Source: Eremomyces bilateralis CBS 781.70
Lineage: Eukaryota
Reading direction: 5' to 3' (one strand)
Assembly: GCA_010015585.1 (NCBI GenBank)
Contig: ML975149.1
Length of the DNA: 64,000 nt
Numbering within the stretch: position 1 is the stretch's first letter; every line of letters starts with the position of its first letter. A program made the position numbers and the translations under genes. Shown piece after piece: positions 47,515 through 61,281 of this stretch. The notes under the pieces are model-generated. The model made no database searches. It was not told where the DNA came from and saw only the letters and a program-made list of their open reading frames with translations.

Positions 47515-48682
47515 ATGACCGCTTTCATTCCCACGCTCCCTTCCCTTTCGTCAACAGTCTTCCAGCGTCTCCTCCGAACCGGAGCTATAAATAGAGGTCC
47601 ATCAGGAGTCCACCAAGCGTTATCGTCGCTGTTTCTCTCACAAAGAGCAAGGATGTCATCTTCAATGGCAAACCGTCTCAAGGGGAAGACGGTTTTGATA
47701 ACGGGGGCCTCATCGGGTATCGGTCGGAGCACGGCATACGAGTTTGCTCGGACGGCGGCGTCGGACCTGAAATTGATTCTCACTGCGAGGCGACTTGAGA
47801 CACTGCAGGAAATAGCTGCAGACATTGAGAAGAACATCGGGAAAGGCGTCAAGGTTTACCCGCTTAAGCTCGATGTCAGCAACGTCCAGGAGATCCAGGG
47901 CTTCGTGGAGAAGTTGCCTCAGGAATTCAAGGAGATCGATGTCTTGGTGAACAATGCGTACGTTCCTATTGCGGGTAGTAACAACGATCATCGCTGATAT
48001 TTCTCATGTAGTGGCTTAGTCAAAGGCGTGGCGAAGGCGCCAGAGATCAACCCTTTGGACATCAATACCATGATATCGACCAATGTCACAGGATTGATCG
48101 CGATGACCCAAGCCGTTCTCCCCATCTTCCTGAAGCGTCCGAACGGTGGCGCGGGCGATATTATCAACGTGGGCAGCATCGCCGGCCGAGAACCGTATCA
48201 GGGCGGCAGCATCTACTGCGCGACGAAGGCCGCTGTGCGGAGCTTTACGGATTCCCTCCGGAGAGAGATGATTTCCACGCGGGTGCGAGTGATCGAGGTG
48301 GATCCAGGCCAGGTTGAGACAGTGGGTCTTCCGGATCGCGATGGCAGTCTGTTACTGACTTTCGCCGCAGGAATTCTCGGTGGTTCGATTCTATGGGGAT
48401 AAAGAAAAGGCCGATGCCGTTTACGCGTAAGTCATCCGAATTGATCAATCACAAGAGGCTTCAACTGACATCTCCAAGTGGTTGCGATCCACTTACCCCG
48501 GATGACATTGCAGAAGTCATCGTTTTTACCGCTGGGCGGAGGGAGAACGTCGTGATTGCAGACACTTTGATCTTCCCACAACACCAAGTAAGTCCATTTC
48601 ATCTAGAGGCGGATTGCAGGAACTCTCAAGGGGGCTGACCGAGTGGAAGGCGGCGGCAAGCGTGATGCACCGCAAGGCATGA
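47515..48682 (+). CDS. NADP-dependent 3-hydroxy acid dehydrogenase, YdfG/YMR226C-like SDR; about 4 introns; second ATG at 47652
   Basis: RLKGKTVLITGASSGIGRSTA, EFKEIDVLVNNAGL, GSIAGREPYQGGSIYCATKAAV, EVDPGQVETEFSVVRFYGDKEKA, PLTPDDIAE. Confidence 0.92.
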
Positions 48683-49922
48683 TGTGCTAATGTAAATCAC
48701 AGGCTGGCGCCGGAGGAGCGATGTATAAAAAGCCCACGTAAGGATAGAACTACACTTAGAATACCCGCTGTTGCACAAGGAGACGCCCGAACCAAGATGT
48801 AAATATTCAGTTGCGAATCGTGCCATGATGATCTCAATAATCTACTTCCTCATCTCTGCTGTTCCATGTATGAGCCGAGCCCTGTTCTGTTTTTCTGTCG
48901 TTATATCGTACAACCTGACGTCATCGCTTATTTCTAGCCTTTCCTCCGCAATTCGTCTTCCTCCTCCTCGCGAAGCGATTGATCGATTTGGGCACCTCGG
49001 CTCGGTTCGTTCCCATGGGCCCGAGCCTACAACGGTTTATCAGCGGAAATATCCATGAACTCAGGGGCGGGACGTACCGGAAGCGTCGAATTCATCTGTG
49101 TCCGCTCGGAGTCTAGGTCCTTGGGAGCTTTCTCACCCTTACGCTGTCCATAACTTAGCATGCTGGTTGTACCAGGTTGGATCGATTTGATCATACCGCA
49201 TCTTCGCGGGCCATGCGATTGGAAATTGATCGTTCGGCATCTGGCGTTATGTGAGCGGTGAGTCCTCGGTTGGCGTCCGTGGTACAAGCTCACTTGAATC
49301 ATTTTTGAGGTTGCTGTTTGGCTTCCATTCATGGTAGCGGGCGGCGTCCCGAATCTCACTGTTTTTGTAGTTTCGCTATGTCCAAGGTTAGATACCTCAA
49401 TTGAGCTGTCAACAGATGGCTATAAGGGAGACGGACCTGATCGCCAGCTTCATACACGGTCCTGTCCCCAACTTTGGAGTTGCCGCTCATATTGGGTAGG
49501 ATGTATTTGAGTATTCCGATTTTTTGTAATTTGACCAGACTTTTAACCTGCTAGTTGACGTGTAAAAATTTGAAGAATGGAATGGGATAGCAGAGGGGAT
49601 AGTATTAATATGAGTTCTTTGAACATCCTATATGGAATTCTGCTATGACGTAGCTATGATTCACTATTAGGTAGCCATATTAGACGATCGAATCGTGACA
49701 GTAATACACCAGACGATACCTGTACGGTCATAATAATTCTTGAGGTATTCCTCGATATCCGTATTGACCAACAACTGCATTGGTCGCGTGTGGGTAACAC
49801 GAGATATCTGCCGCGGCTCTCCCAAGTCGGCGATTGCAAAAGGTTGCAACGCCATCATACCTTATATACAGGCGGCAAGCAAGCGCCAAATGCCGTACCA
49901 AACCAAGCTTTACCGCCATCTA

Positions 49923-50930
49923 TTAGGCCTGTGGACTTAGATACTCGCCCATCGCCTTCACCGCGGGTTCAAACTTGTCCGCTTCAAGGAGTATCAAATG
50001 CCCGCTGGGCTTCACGCCCATCTCCTGAAACGCGCGTTTCGAATCCGACGCGCCCTCGTCATCAGCCTTCGAATAGTCAAACCACCCGGACCCAATCGCG
50101 TGCTTCTGCAACACCTCATCTTCTGGATGGAAGTAGAACACCCCGCCGCCGGAGCTGTTTGCGCCCTTTGGCCCCTTCTTTTTCTTGGCGGGTCGAGAGT
50201 CGTCCGCGTCGAGTTTGGACGCGACCTCAATGTATGTCTTGGAGAAAACGAGGTAGTGGGTAAATCGGTATGGCTCCTTGTCTTCGATAGCCCAGGTGAT
50301 CTCTTCTTGGAGCATGGTGTACATCGGTGGGACGATTTCGTGGGGCATGTTGATGAATCGCTCCGTAAGTATCAGACCGACTTCGGCGGATGAGGAGGGG
50401 TCGAGTAAGCTCTTCAAGGCCGATAGTGAGGGTTGCGATGCCGCTTTTGTGAGTATATATTGGATGAGGGTTTGCACAGCGGGATTCGACTGTCGTCTTT
50501 GGTCAGTCCATGCCGACTTGCTGGTGCTACATTTTCCCAGATACAGGGAATTAACGGGACCATACCGCATGCTGGCGAAGATTTATGACGCTCAGAAAAG
50601 CGAATGGGTCTGATTCATTCCCATCCACCTTCACGGTTGACCCTAACGTCGGCTGGCTGAGGATCAGGTCGACCAAAGCGGACAGCTCGAAGAGCTGACT
50701 GTCGGCGTCGAATAGTTGTCGGAGGAGCGATTTGAGGCCGTGGAAATCAACTGCAGGCTGCGGATCAAACCACTCGAAATCCACATCTAACATGTCGAAA
50801 TCCTGTTGAATGATGGTCAGGACCCCTCCAAAAATCATGGTGGGCAAATGCTCACTTCGTCGCTGTCTCCAGATGCGTCGCCATTTCCGGCTCGGTCTGA
50901 ATGTTTCGATATATCTTTTCGTTTCGACAT
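49923..50930 (-). CDS. BCP1: Bcp1/BCCIP family protein (60S export, Mss4 export); 2 introns
   Basis: DVDFEWFDPQPAVDFHGLKSLLRQLF, GLILTERFINMPHEIVPPMY, YFHPEDE. Confidence 0.93.
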
Positions 50931-51377
50931 CTTGGGTGGTGTGGTGAAATTAGGCGGTGGAATTTCAATCGTCTTGTCGAAGTACTTGGACTTGAGGACC
51001 TAATTCGAATTGAAGCTCTTTCATCTTTGAAAATTTGCGCACAGACCATGTATATAGAAGTTGAGTGGTGGGCTGAGGCGATGGCCGAGGGTAGTTAGGC
51101 AATCCATCCATCTATTCATACATGGGCCATTGGAAACTACTGTATTGATATCTTCGAGAATGGATAAGAATAATAGTAGTCACGACCGCGCGAGATGTCA
51201 GTGGAAAAGTGTATATTTTGTACAACTCTCTCCGTGCTACACGGGGCATGAAGAAACGCTAGAGTTACACTGGAGTCTACCGACAGCCCAAATGCCAAAG
51301 CCGCTGTTCTATCAAGTTTAATCGTACCGAGACCATCTCCGACGTGGAGTCGATCGTTCTCCCAATTTTGATCGGCT

Positions 51378-52266
51378 TCAACCAATGCTGAGCTTGTCTT
51401 CTTCCGGGAAGCTGTATTCGGGGATCTCAAGGTTGAGAGGGGCGGGTCCTTTGCGAGCACGACCGGAGATGTCATAATGCGATCCGTGGCATGGGCAGAA
51501 CCAGCCACCGAAGTCTCCAGCCTCACCGATTGGGACACATCCCAAATGTGTGCATACACCTGTAGGAAATGTAAGTCTCGTTCTTCACACCGTGACTCGA
51601 CATCTTAACATACCGACCATAACCAACCATTCAGGCTTCTGTACACGGTCTGAATCGGGTTGGGGGTCACGCAACGACTCCCATGCCACGCCCTCGGCCT
51701 CTTTGATTTCGTCTGCTGTTCGGTGGCGGATGAACACCGGCTTGCCTCGCCATTTGATGATGACCTGTGCCATGTGTTTAGCGATGTACGCATATTATAA
51801 TAGCGAGTCGTTGGAACCAACGTTTTTGCCCTCGGGTAATGCGGCAAGATCCACCTCGACCTTGGCCATAGCCAGAACGTCGGCGGATGCGGACATGTTG
51901 ACTAGGAAATCTGTTGCGTGGCCGTCAGTAAATGGTCTCTAATCATCCGTTCCAATCCATCGTACCATTCACGGTAGACTTTGCTCCCATCGCCGTGAGC
52001 GCGCCCATCGATCCGACCATGAAGTACGAGAACACCTTGTTCCCGCCCTCGCTCGATTTACTCCGGTACTTCGAGAAATCAGGGATCTTCGTCGTATGAT
52101 CATGCTGGTTCCCGACGCCGCGGAAAGGGCTGTCGAAGGATGAGGTTCCCGATGCCTGGGAGACGTTTCGCTTTTGAAGGGCGGTGCAGCCGGCTCGCGA
52201 GATGGTCAATTGACGAGCCGCGCAGGCGCGAGCCAGTGTCGATGTGGTCTTGGTGAGTGCCGGCAT
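51378..52266 (-). CDS. RIP1: Cytochrome bc1 Rieske iron-sulfur subunit; 3 introns
   Basis: [48 protein letters not shown]; mitochondrial presequence. Confidence 0.97.
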
Positions 52267-52419
52267 CTTGGTGAGAGGTGTGAAACCACCCTGATGGAGA
52301 TAGGCAATGGATCGCAAGTCGTGCAGGTTGGATGCAATGGAAACACTCACGATCAAGAGAGCAAGTCGTGGACTTTGAAGCTAGACTTTGCCAAGACGTA
52401 AAGAATCGGCACGATGCTG

Positions 52420-52429
52420 ATTGGCCAAT
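52420..52429. promoter_or_regulatory. Back-to-back CCAAT boxes (ATTGGCCAAT) upstream of RIP1
   Basis: Palindromic double CCAAT about 155 bp upstream of the ATG; HAP/CBC control of respiratory genes is established. Confidence 0.45.
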
Positions 52430-53101
52430 TATGGCTAGAGATATTAGAGTCACGTGTTGGTGATCTCAACCCGATCTTCCAACTTGGTCATTCAATTGTC
52501 CATTGTCTTAAGTCTTAACACATGCATCCGTTTGTTGAACGAAAACAATTCCACTGCCGATTCCTTATGACTGACTTATCGGAGATATAGGCAATAGTAT
52601 ACTACGAGTATAGGTAGTGGCTCAGCACAATTAGTGATGGTCGCTGCTTCAAATGGATGCTGGATTCTGTATGCTGGCAGCTGGATGTTTTGATGATCAT
52701 GACGCCGTCGGTCTCTACTCGTCTGAAACTGCAATATATTCATAAATACTCCGCTTCATTGTCAAATTCAACGACGACAGATGTGGTTCAAGAGGAGTCG
52801 GCTGGCCCAGTCCGTTCCTCGGTGTCCCGGACGGCCCAGGATTTTCCGCGGCTTGGAATGTGAGAGTTGTCTTGCGATTTTCTTTGTATGAACCTGTCTG
52901 TCAAGATCCATCGTTTATTCCGTGCTCTCAATCATCCCAATCATCTTTCTCCCCTTTCCTTCGCAAGCCCAGACTCATGTATTCCGACCAAAGGCACTCT
53001 TTTCTATGCCACTCAATTTGTTTCCGTTACTTGTTGCAGTGAAGACGACGTGGCTGTTTCGTGATATCACTGTCATTCGTACCTAGGTCCAAACGGACAC
53101 T

Positions 53102-53925
53102 ATGGCTGACGAGGAACCTGCCGGGGAGATCCAGCTGGCTCTTGCTACGGAGGTGAGTAGAACTTTTCCTAGTATCCTCCTTTATCTAACTCCTTTTAGC
53201 ACCAAACTACTATCCGTGGTGAACCCAGGACTGTGGAAGCTGTTGTGATAATTAGGGGGGATGTCGACACGTCCAAGTATGAGGGGAAGGAGAATACCTC
53301 CGTTGTCCGAGAGACAAAGGGGAATGATGATATGGAACTTGACCATCAAATCGGAGACAATGATGGCGACAACGATGACGGCAACCAAGGTACAGCGAGG
53401 AAAAATCCGAAACGACTTACCATCACGGAGCACGAAGGCGATATTTTCCACGAAGCTCCCGACAATACAGTGCTCGTGCACGCTTGCAACTGCCAAGGCT
53501 ATTGGGGCAGAGGAATTGCATCAGATTTTGCGGGTCGATACCCGCAGGCCAATTTATCCCATCAACAACATTGCTATTCTTTAAAGGACAAGAAAGGACT
53601 TCTCGGGACTGCTCAGCTCATTCCACCCATGGATGGCACCCCTAGGCATTACGTTGCCTGCTTGTACACCAGCGTCCGTACTGGCACCCGTAAGAGCCCG
53701 CCCGAAGTTGTTCTCCAAGCTACGGGGACTGCGATGATAGACCTATTGAGACAAATCAATCAGGAGAAGCAAATTAGCGGCATCAGGGTCTGTCGTATCA
53801 ATTCTGGATTGTTTACTGTGCCTTGGGACGACACGTTTGCTGTGCTCCAGGCATTGGAATGTGAGGATGACTGGCAACATACCGCAATCGAACTATGGAG
53901 CCTGCCGACAGAAAAGGGAAAGTGA
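53102..53925 (+). CDS. POA1: Macrodomain protein, Poa1-like ADP-ribose-1''-phosphate phosphatase; 1 intron
   Basis: EHEGDIFHEAPDNTVLVHACNCQGYWGRGIASDFAGRYP, YVACLYTS, CRINSGLFTVPW. Confidence 0.8.
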
Positions 53926-54313
53926 AAGGGGGTCTAAGGAAACAGAACAACTGTTGGGGAGTTTGTGGGTATCGAAACTCGGATAGCACGCATAATGGTT
54001 CGGTGGCGTTGCATCAGGTATGGTTTTGGCCATCCGAACACATTAGCTTCGTGGTTCAGCAAATTCACGCCTTGCCGTGACCGTCGAAGCACACTGAATG
54101 GTATTAATAGTCTGCGAAACAATATCAGACGCGTACCAACATGTTCAAGGTTACTTGGATCTCGGAACAGTGATATTTAGTGTCTCACATGCTAACTTCA
54201 CGGAGAAATGGTTGCTGCAGTATAAAATCGTTGGGTATCATTCAAACATCATGATCTCGGTATGAGCACTAGGGGGAAAAGCAAGCCCTAGCCATCCACC
54301 AGTATTTCCAATC

Positions 54314-55036
54314 CTATCCTTTGCCCTCCGTCCCAGGATACGGCGCTTGACCATTCTCAAAGACCCAGCTCAACGGTCTCCGATCTCCGTTAACCGCATC
54401 CGTGGTATTAGCCTCGTCTTGTAATTGCTGCGTAGGCTCGTCCACGTCCATCTGGTCATCCGCCGGCTCCGTCTCATCATCATGGACATCATAAGAGGTG
54501 CTCTTAGAACCGTTCTCCTTTGATGTGGTCGGTTGAGCATCTCCATTCTGTGCTGCCATTGCTGATTTGGGCCACGTTTCTGATAGCTTCGGCGCTTCGA
54601 CGGTCTTGAATTGCTTGTATGTCACAGTTCGAGGGGCCACGTCCACCAAGAACTCCAGGTTGTCTATTCGCGCAATCGCGTTGGCTATGCAGTGAAGTCA
54701 GCATCGGCCGCTCGGTACAGGCCGGACGATAACCTACCAACATCACGGTATTGGATGTGCCTTCTCGGTTTCTTCTCCGCTTTGGCGAAGTCGTATGCTT
54801 TCTCGGAAAGGTATTGGACAAACATCTCGGTCGCAACGGCGATGCCGAAGGCGGCATTATTCGAGCATTTTTGGGTGTCCTCGTCCGCGTGGATGATCTT
54901 CTTCACTCGCGTTACTATGCAAGGTCAGTTTCTCCGCTGTATGCGCTAACTCGTTACTGTCCTGCGACTTACATGGCATGTTCACGGTCCCGGTACACTC
55001 CTTAGGAGGAGCTATGGGGGTATTGTTGTAAGGCAT
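54314..55036 (-). CDS. Histone-fold CBF/NF-Y family protein (DNA polymerase epsilon Dpb3/Dls1/CHRAC15-like); 2 introns
   Basis: MPYNNTPIAPP...RVKKIIHADEDTQKCSNNAAFGIAVATEMFVQYL...RRHIQYRDVANAIARIDNLEFLVDVAP. Confidence 0.85.
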
Positions 55037-55601
55037 TGTGCCCTGGGGATTTCACCGTGGACAATAATCTCGCTGTGGTATTGTCTCCCGGAGAGGTAGG
55101 GTATGTTGATATCGGAGAGTCGAGCCTTGAAATTGTACGCACACGGATGGTCATGTACAACGGCGAAGTCGAATATATAGTTTGAAATGGGTTCCTTGAT
55201 GTATGGCACGCGGTACGACACGTAACTCGCGTCAAACTGAGGAATCAAGGAGAACAAGAGTTGTGTTTTGCATGTTTCAATCCTCACATACAGGTCGCGG
55301 GGACATCACTCCTCAGACGCAGCTGGCAAAACTGCGGCTAAACCTAGTTAGGAGGTAGCTTGGACTTGACGTATCACGAATTCACGATCGACCGTATAGT
55401 TATAACTACTGCCTGGTTGCGCTGGGAGAACTACATCACCCATAAACGTCTTTGCTGTTTCTAGCGTCCTGTTACTTTGGCAAATGTGTCTCTCCCTCCC
55501 CGAAGCTGACAGCTGGCGTATTACACCCACAGCATCAGAGAACCCCGAACAAGCCGTTATCAGTTGGTGTCAACCACGCTCTCCGCAATCCCCAGAATGA
55601 G

Positions 55602-58318
55602 ATGAGCTCCAGACAGCGCGCACCGAACCTTGCGCGAACTCCCTCTTCCGGCTCCTTACCGTCTCTGACCCGCCGATGGTCCGGCATATCTACCTCCGAG
55701 CTTGGCCAGAATGCTGATGAAGCTCGCGCCGCCCATACCATCCAGGAGGAGATCGCGGAGATCAAGCGCTACGAGGACTTCAGTACCATCGACTGGGTCC
55801 AGGATGCGGCGCGCGAAACGCTGCGGCGGAGAGCAAGGAAGCAGGGACGGCCGGGCACATACGGACGGAGCTTTGGAGTGCGGTTGAAAGGTCAGCTGCA
55901 GGAGTCGTACAATGCGGGTCAGGCGTGGCTGGTGGTCAGTCTGATCGGAGCGGCCATCGGCCTGAATGCGGCGTTTCTCAACATCGTCACAGAGTGGCTG
56001 TCCGATATCAAACTCGGATACTGCACGACGGCTTTCTACCTCAATGAGAACTTCTGCTGTTGGGGGGCGGAGAACGGTTGCGATGAATGGCATCGATGGA
56101 CAGGAATATGGCCGACCGACTACCTGCTTTACATTGTATTTGCGACGCTATTTGCTTTTACCTCTGCACGGCTTGTTAAGTCGTTCGCCCCCTATGCTGC
56201 TGGTTCGGGTATATCCGAGATCAAGTGCATTATTGCCGGATTCGTTATGAAAGGTTTCCTGGGATTTTGGACTCTTCTGATTAAGTCAATCAGCCTTCCT
56301 TTGGCTATCGCTGCGGGCCTCTCGGTTGGAAAAGAAGGACCGAGCGTTCATTTTGCCGTCTGTACGGGGAATGTGATATCGAGGTTCTTCAACAAGTACA
56401 AGCAAAATGCGTCGAAGACGCGTGAGATCCTCAGCGCTTCTGCTGCTGCTGGCGTAGGAGTGGCCTTTGGCAGCCCCATAGGCGGCGTGCTTTTCTCTCT
56501 CGAGGTGAGTGACTCTTAGCTCTTATCAATTCCATTGCTGACCATGACGAAGGAAATGTCCAGTTACTTCCCTCTGAAGACAATGTGGCGGAGTTATTTC
56601 TGTGCTTTAGTAGCAACCGCTGTCTTGGCTGTAAGCGCAATGAAGGCACAATAGTGGCTAATGCTAATCCATCTCAGGCAATGAACCCTTTCCGAACCGG
56701 TCAACTGGTCATGTTCACGGTCAAGTACGACCGCGATTGGCACTTTTTCGAGGTGTTCTTCTACATTATCATCGGTATCTTTGGTGGTCTATACGGCGCT
56801 TTCGTGATCAAGTGGAATCTCCGAGTTCAAGCATTTCGTAAGAAGTACTTGGTCAACTATCCTATCCTGGAAGCCACCATATTGGCCGCGTTTACGGCAC
56901 TGGTGTGCTATCCAAACATGTTCCTTCGAATCGACATGACCGAGAGCATGGAGATACTCTTTCGGGAGTGTGAAGGGCACGATTACGAGGGGCTTTGCGA
57001 GTATGTGCCCTGATGCATGAGAAGAGTTGAACTGACCAATCCAGGGCGAGTAACCGATGGCGAATGATACTTTCCCTTGCCATTTCAACTGCACTGCGAA
57101 CATGCCTTGTCATCATCTCGTACGGCTGCAAAGTTCCTGCTGGCATCTTTGTTCCGTCGATGGCAATTGGTGCGTCATTTGGCCGAATGATCGGCATCAT
57201 GGTCCAGGCGCTTCACGAAGCTTTCCCAGACGCAAGACTCTTTGCTGCCTGCCAGCCAGATGTGCCTTGCATCACCCCGGGCACATATGCGTTTCTCGGT
57301 GCCGGAGCAGCGCTAAGTGGCATCATGCACATCACAGTGTCGGTTGTCGTGATTATGTTCGAACTGACCGGCGCTTTAACTTACATTCTTCCGACCATGG
57401 TTGGTAATTCCTGACCACTACGATGACTTGGGTGCTAATCTTTGGTAGATTGTAGTTGGTATCACGAAAGCCGTCGGCGAGCGATTCGGGCATGGAGGGA
57501 TCGCGGACCGAATGATCTGGTTCAGCGGTATGCCGTACCTGGACAACAAGGAAGAACATACATTCGGAGTGCCGGTCACCAAAGTGATGACCACAGACCT
57601 TACCGTGCTCCCGGCTACCGGCGTCGAATTCAAAGAGTTGGAATCCATCATGACGGCGAACCAATATCAGGGGTTTCCTATCGTCGAAGATCTCAATCAC
57701 AAAGTGCTAATTGGCTACATCGGCCGTACCGAGCTCCGTTATGCCATGGAACGAGCGAGACGGGATCAAACAATCTCTCCACGTGCGAAGTGTTATTTCA
57801 CCCCTTCTGCCGTCCGAAACCCAACAACTCCATCGTCCTCCACCCCTGCCATAACCTTCGATAACCTGCAAGCGACCGCTAGCCAAATGGCGGTCGACTT
57901 CAGCCGCTTCATCGACCCTACCCCCCTCACCGCACACCCTCGACTATCCCTCGAGACAGTCATGGAGCTCTTCAAGAAGATGGGCCCCCGAGTCATTCTG
58001 GTCGAGCATCGTGGGCGATTGATGGGGTTGGTGACGGTGAAAGACTGTCTGAAATATCAGTTCAAGGTCGAGGCCCAGGAGAACCCACGAGACGACTCTT
58101 CGGTTGCAGAAACCCAAGAGAGGATATGGTTGGTCTTCCAGAAAGTTGGATCGTGGGTCTCTAGCAGATTTGGTGGACTGGGTGGACGGATACGTCCGTT
58201 CGGCAGTAACAGGGGTGCTCATTATGATCCATTAGTTGAACGTCCGTCTCACGAAGGAAGTGAATTGGTATCCGAAACCGAGCATGAGCTTATGTCTAGA
58301 GATAGTTCTGAACCATAG
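55602..58318 (+). CDS. CLC family chloride channel or Cl-/H+ antiporter (Gef1-like) with CBS domains; about 4 introns
   Basis: [55 protein letters not shown], two CBS repeats. Confidence 0.95.
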
Positions 58319-58407
58319 ATTTCTAACTAATGCTATTTTCCTTCTAATTCCGGCTGCATTTGGTCGTCTATTCATTATTCAATTTGGACATCTGCGGTCA
58401 CGTGCTC

Positions 58408-58413
58408 ACGCGT
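58408..58413. promoter_or_regulatory. MCB box ACGCGT upstream of MLH1
   Basis: Exact ACGCGT about 160 bp upstream of the ATG, with a further CGCG nearby. Confidence 0.45.
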
Positions 58414-58568
58414 TGGTTTGAAATCTTGGCGCGACTCGTCGACTTCATGACGTTCTCTTAGGACGAGGTAATAAATCCATCTAACTTGAAACAATGCGAT
58501 GACTTTAAGATTTTGATAAGAACATTCCATAATATCCACAAGGTTCGGTCTCGAGATCCTCCGCGAAT

Positions 58569-60839
58569 ATGGAGAGTCAGGGTGAGCCCGCTGCGTCTCC
58601 ACGAGGCACGAAACGAAAGGCTTCAGACGACCTTCCGCGTGGCTCCCGAAAGATCCAGCCGCTAGCTCAAGACGTAATAAACAAGATTGCCGCGGGGGAG
58701 ATCATCGTCGCCCCTGTCCACGCGCTCAAAGAATTGATCGAGAACTCCGTTGATGCGGGAGCGACTCAGCTGGAAGTGGTTGTGAAAGACGGCGGGCTGA
58801 AGCTGCTGCAGATCACTGACAATGGACATGGTATAGATGTATGTATATAAGCCCCCTTACAGTTGATGCAGCTTTCTCAGTGATCTCGGCAGAAAGACGA
58901 TCTATCATTGTTATGCGAGCGATTCACCACGTCCAAGCTCAAAGCGTTTGAAGACCTCCAGTCAATCGAGACTTATGGCTTCCGCGGTGAGGCTCTCGCG
59001 AGCATCAGCCATATTGCTCATTTGACCGTTGTTACCCGAACTGCCGAATCGAGTTGTGCTTGGCGAGCCCAATATGCCGACGGTAAACTGGTTCCTCCCA
59101 AGCCCGGCCAAAGTGCAGAACCCAAGTCCCAAGCAGGACGGCAAGGCACCCAGATCACGGTAGAAGATCTGTTTTACAGCATCCCCACCCGCCGGAGGGC
59201 GTTCCGTTCTCACAGCGAAGAATATGCGAAGATCATCGATATGGTGGGCCGTCATGCCATTCACTGTGCTCATGTGGGATTTTCCTGTAAGAAGCACGGA
59301 GAGAGCGCACGGAGTCTGCAGATTCCGGTCAACGCTAGTACGGTTGATCGCATACGGGCGGTTCATGGAACGCAAATTGCGAACGAAGTGGTGCACTGGA
59401 CGACATCGAATGAACGCTGGGGCTTCAAAGCCGACGCCTGGGTGAGCAATGCGAACTACAGCGTCAAGAAGACCATACTATTACTCTTCATCAACCATCG
59501 AGCGGTGGAGAGTTCCGCGATCAAGAAAGCCATCGATGCAACGTATGCGACATTCCTTCCCAAAGGCGGCCATCCATTCGTGTATTTGAGCTTGGAAATC
59601 GAGCCGAATCGCGTCGACGTCAATGTTCATCCGACGAAACGCGAAGTCAATTTCTTGAACGAAGATGAGATCATCGAAGCGATCTGCGATGAAATCAGGT
59701 CGGAATTGGCGAAAGTCGATACCAGTCGAACGTTCCTTACCCAGACATTACTACCCGGCTCGCGTCTCGATACCCCAGCACGGTCCGCGAAAAAATCCGG
59801 CCAGCCGTCTCCAGATATCCCCTCCATCGGCGGCGCGCCAAAATTCACTCCCAAAACGCCCGCTCAGCGCCCGTATGAGAACAACCTCGTTCGCACGGAT
59901 GCAAAAAGCCGGAAGATTACCACGATGTTCACTCCTACGCATATTGGAGAGGCCGGGAGCAGTCATCAAGCGTCCAGGGCACCGCCAGACGAAATGGAAT
60001 ACGAGCGTACTGATAGGGAGTATACTTCTTGCAAGCTGGTTTCCATCCGAGACCTCCGACAAGAGGTCCGAGAGGCGATGCACAATGAGCTCACCGACGT
60101 GTTCAGTGAGCTTATCTTCATTGGTGTGGTTGATATCCGACGACGGATTGCTGCGATCCAATCCGGGGTCAAGTTGTTCCTTGTCGACTACGGCATGGTG
60201 TCGAACGAGTACTTCTACCAAGTCGGACTCACCGATTTCATGAATTTCGGCCGTCTTCGTTTGGATCCGCCACTGAATCTTCGAGAGCTGTTGGAGATCG
60301 GGGCGGCGTATGAACGAGAGCAGTCGCAGACCATCCAAGATGAAGACAGCATGGATCAAGGCGAGGAAATTGACTGGGATGAGGTCGTCGAAACAGTGAT
60401 GCAGCAACTCATCGCGCGTCGAGAGATGCTCACGGAGTATCTCATGATTGACATCTCGGAAGATGGGGAACTCGGAAGTTTGCCTCTCCTTGTTAAAGGA
60501 TACACTCCCTCCATGGCCAAGTTACCGACATTCCTCCTTCGCTTAGGTCCTCACGTCGACTGGACGGATGAAAAGCAGTGTTTCCAGACTTTCCTAACCG
60601 AGCTTGCTAGTTTCTATACACCAGAGGCACTCCCTTCAGCTCCTGATCCAGTGGACAGCGCTCAAGTTCAGATGGAGGATGCGGAAATTGTAGGGAGAAG
60701 GAATGAGTTGGCGAAGGCAGTGGAACATGTTCTGTTTCCGGCGTTCCGTGGTCGGATCGTTGCGACGAAGGGACTGCTCAAAGGGGTCGTCGAGATCGCT
60801 AATCTGAAAGGGTTGTATCGTGTCTTTGAGAGATGCTAG
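58569..60839 (+). CDS. MLH1: DNA mismatch repair protein Mlh1; 1 intron
   Basis: [54 protein letters not shown]-terminal LYRVFERC. Confidence 0.98.
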
Positions 60840-61281
60840 GTTGCTCGACCGTCTGTCGGCTGACGAAGATGAAGCGGTTATGAAAGATGAAAGATTAATG
60901 GGAACAGATAGGCTTTCACTAAATACTTTGTAAATAATAGTGAATATGGATGGCATCAACTGACTTTCATCATTTTCCGAGAGAGTGTGGGTATTGCATT
61001 CACCCATTTCACGCATGTGCTATCAGTGCATATTCGTGTGGGATTTCAGTCTAACAACGCAAAAATGTTTGAAAGATTCGGTACCTGAACCATCATGACT
61101 CTCGGCGTAACCGACACTGCGACATGATGCCTACTCTTAAAACTTTCGCTAGCCAATTTCCTCCTCTTCTCATTTCTACCGAGATACGCAGACGGCAACA
61201 TAGCAGTCTCTAATACACACGCTCACAAAACCAACTCAGAAAACCGATAATCGCCGCCGCTCGACCGACGACCATCCTATC

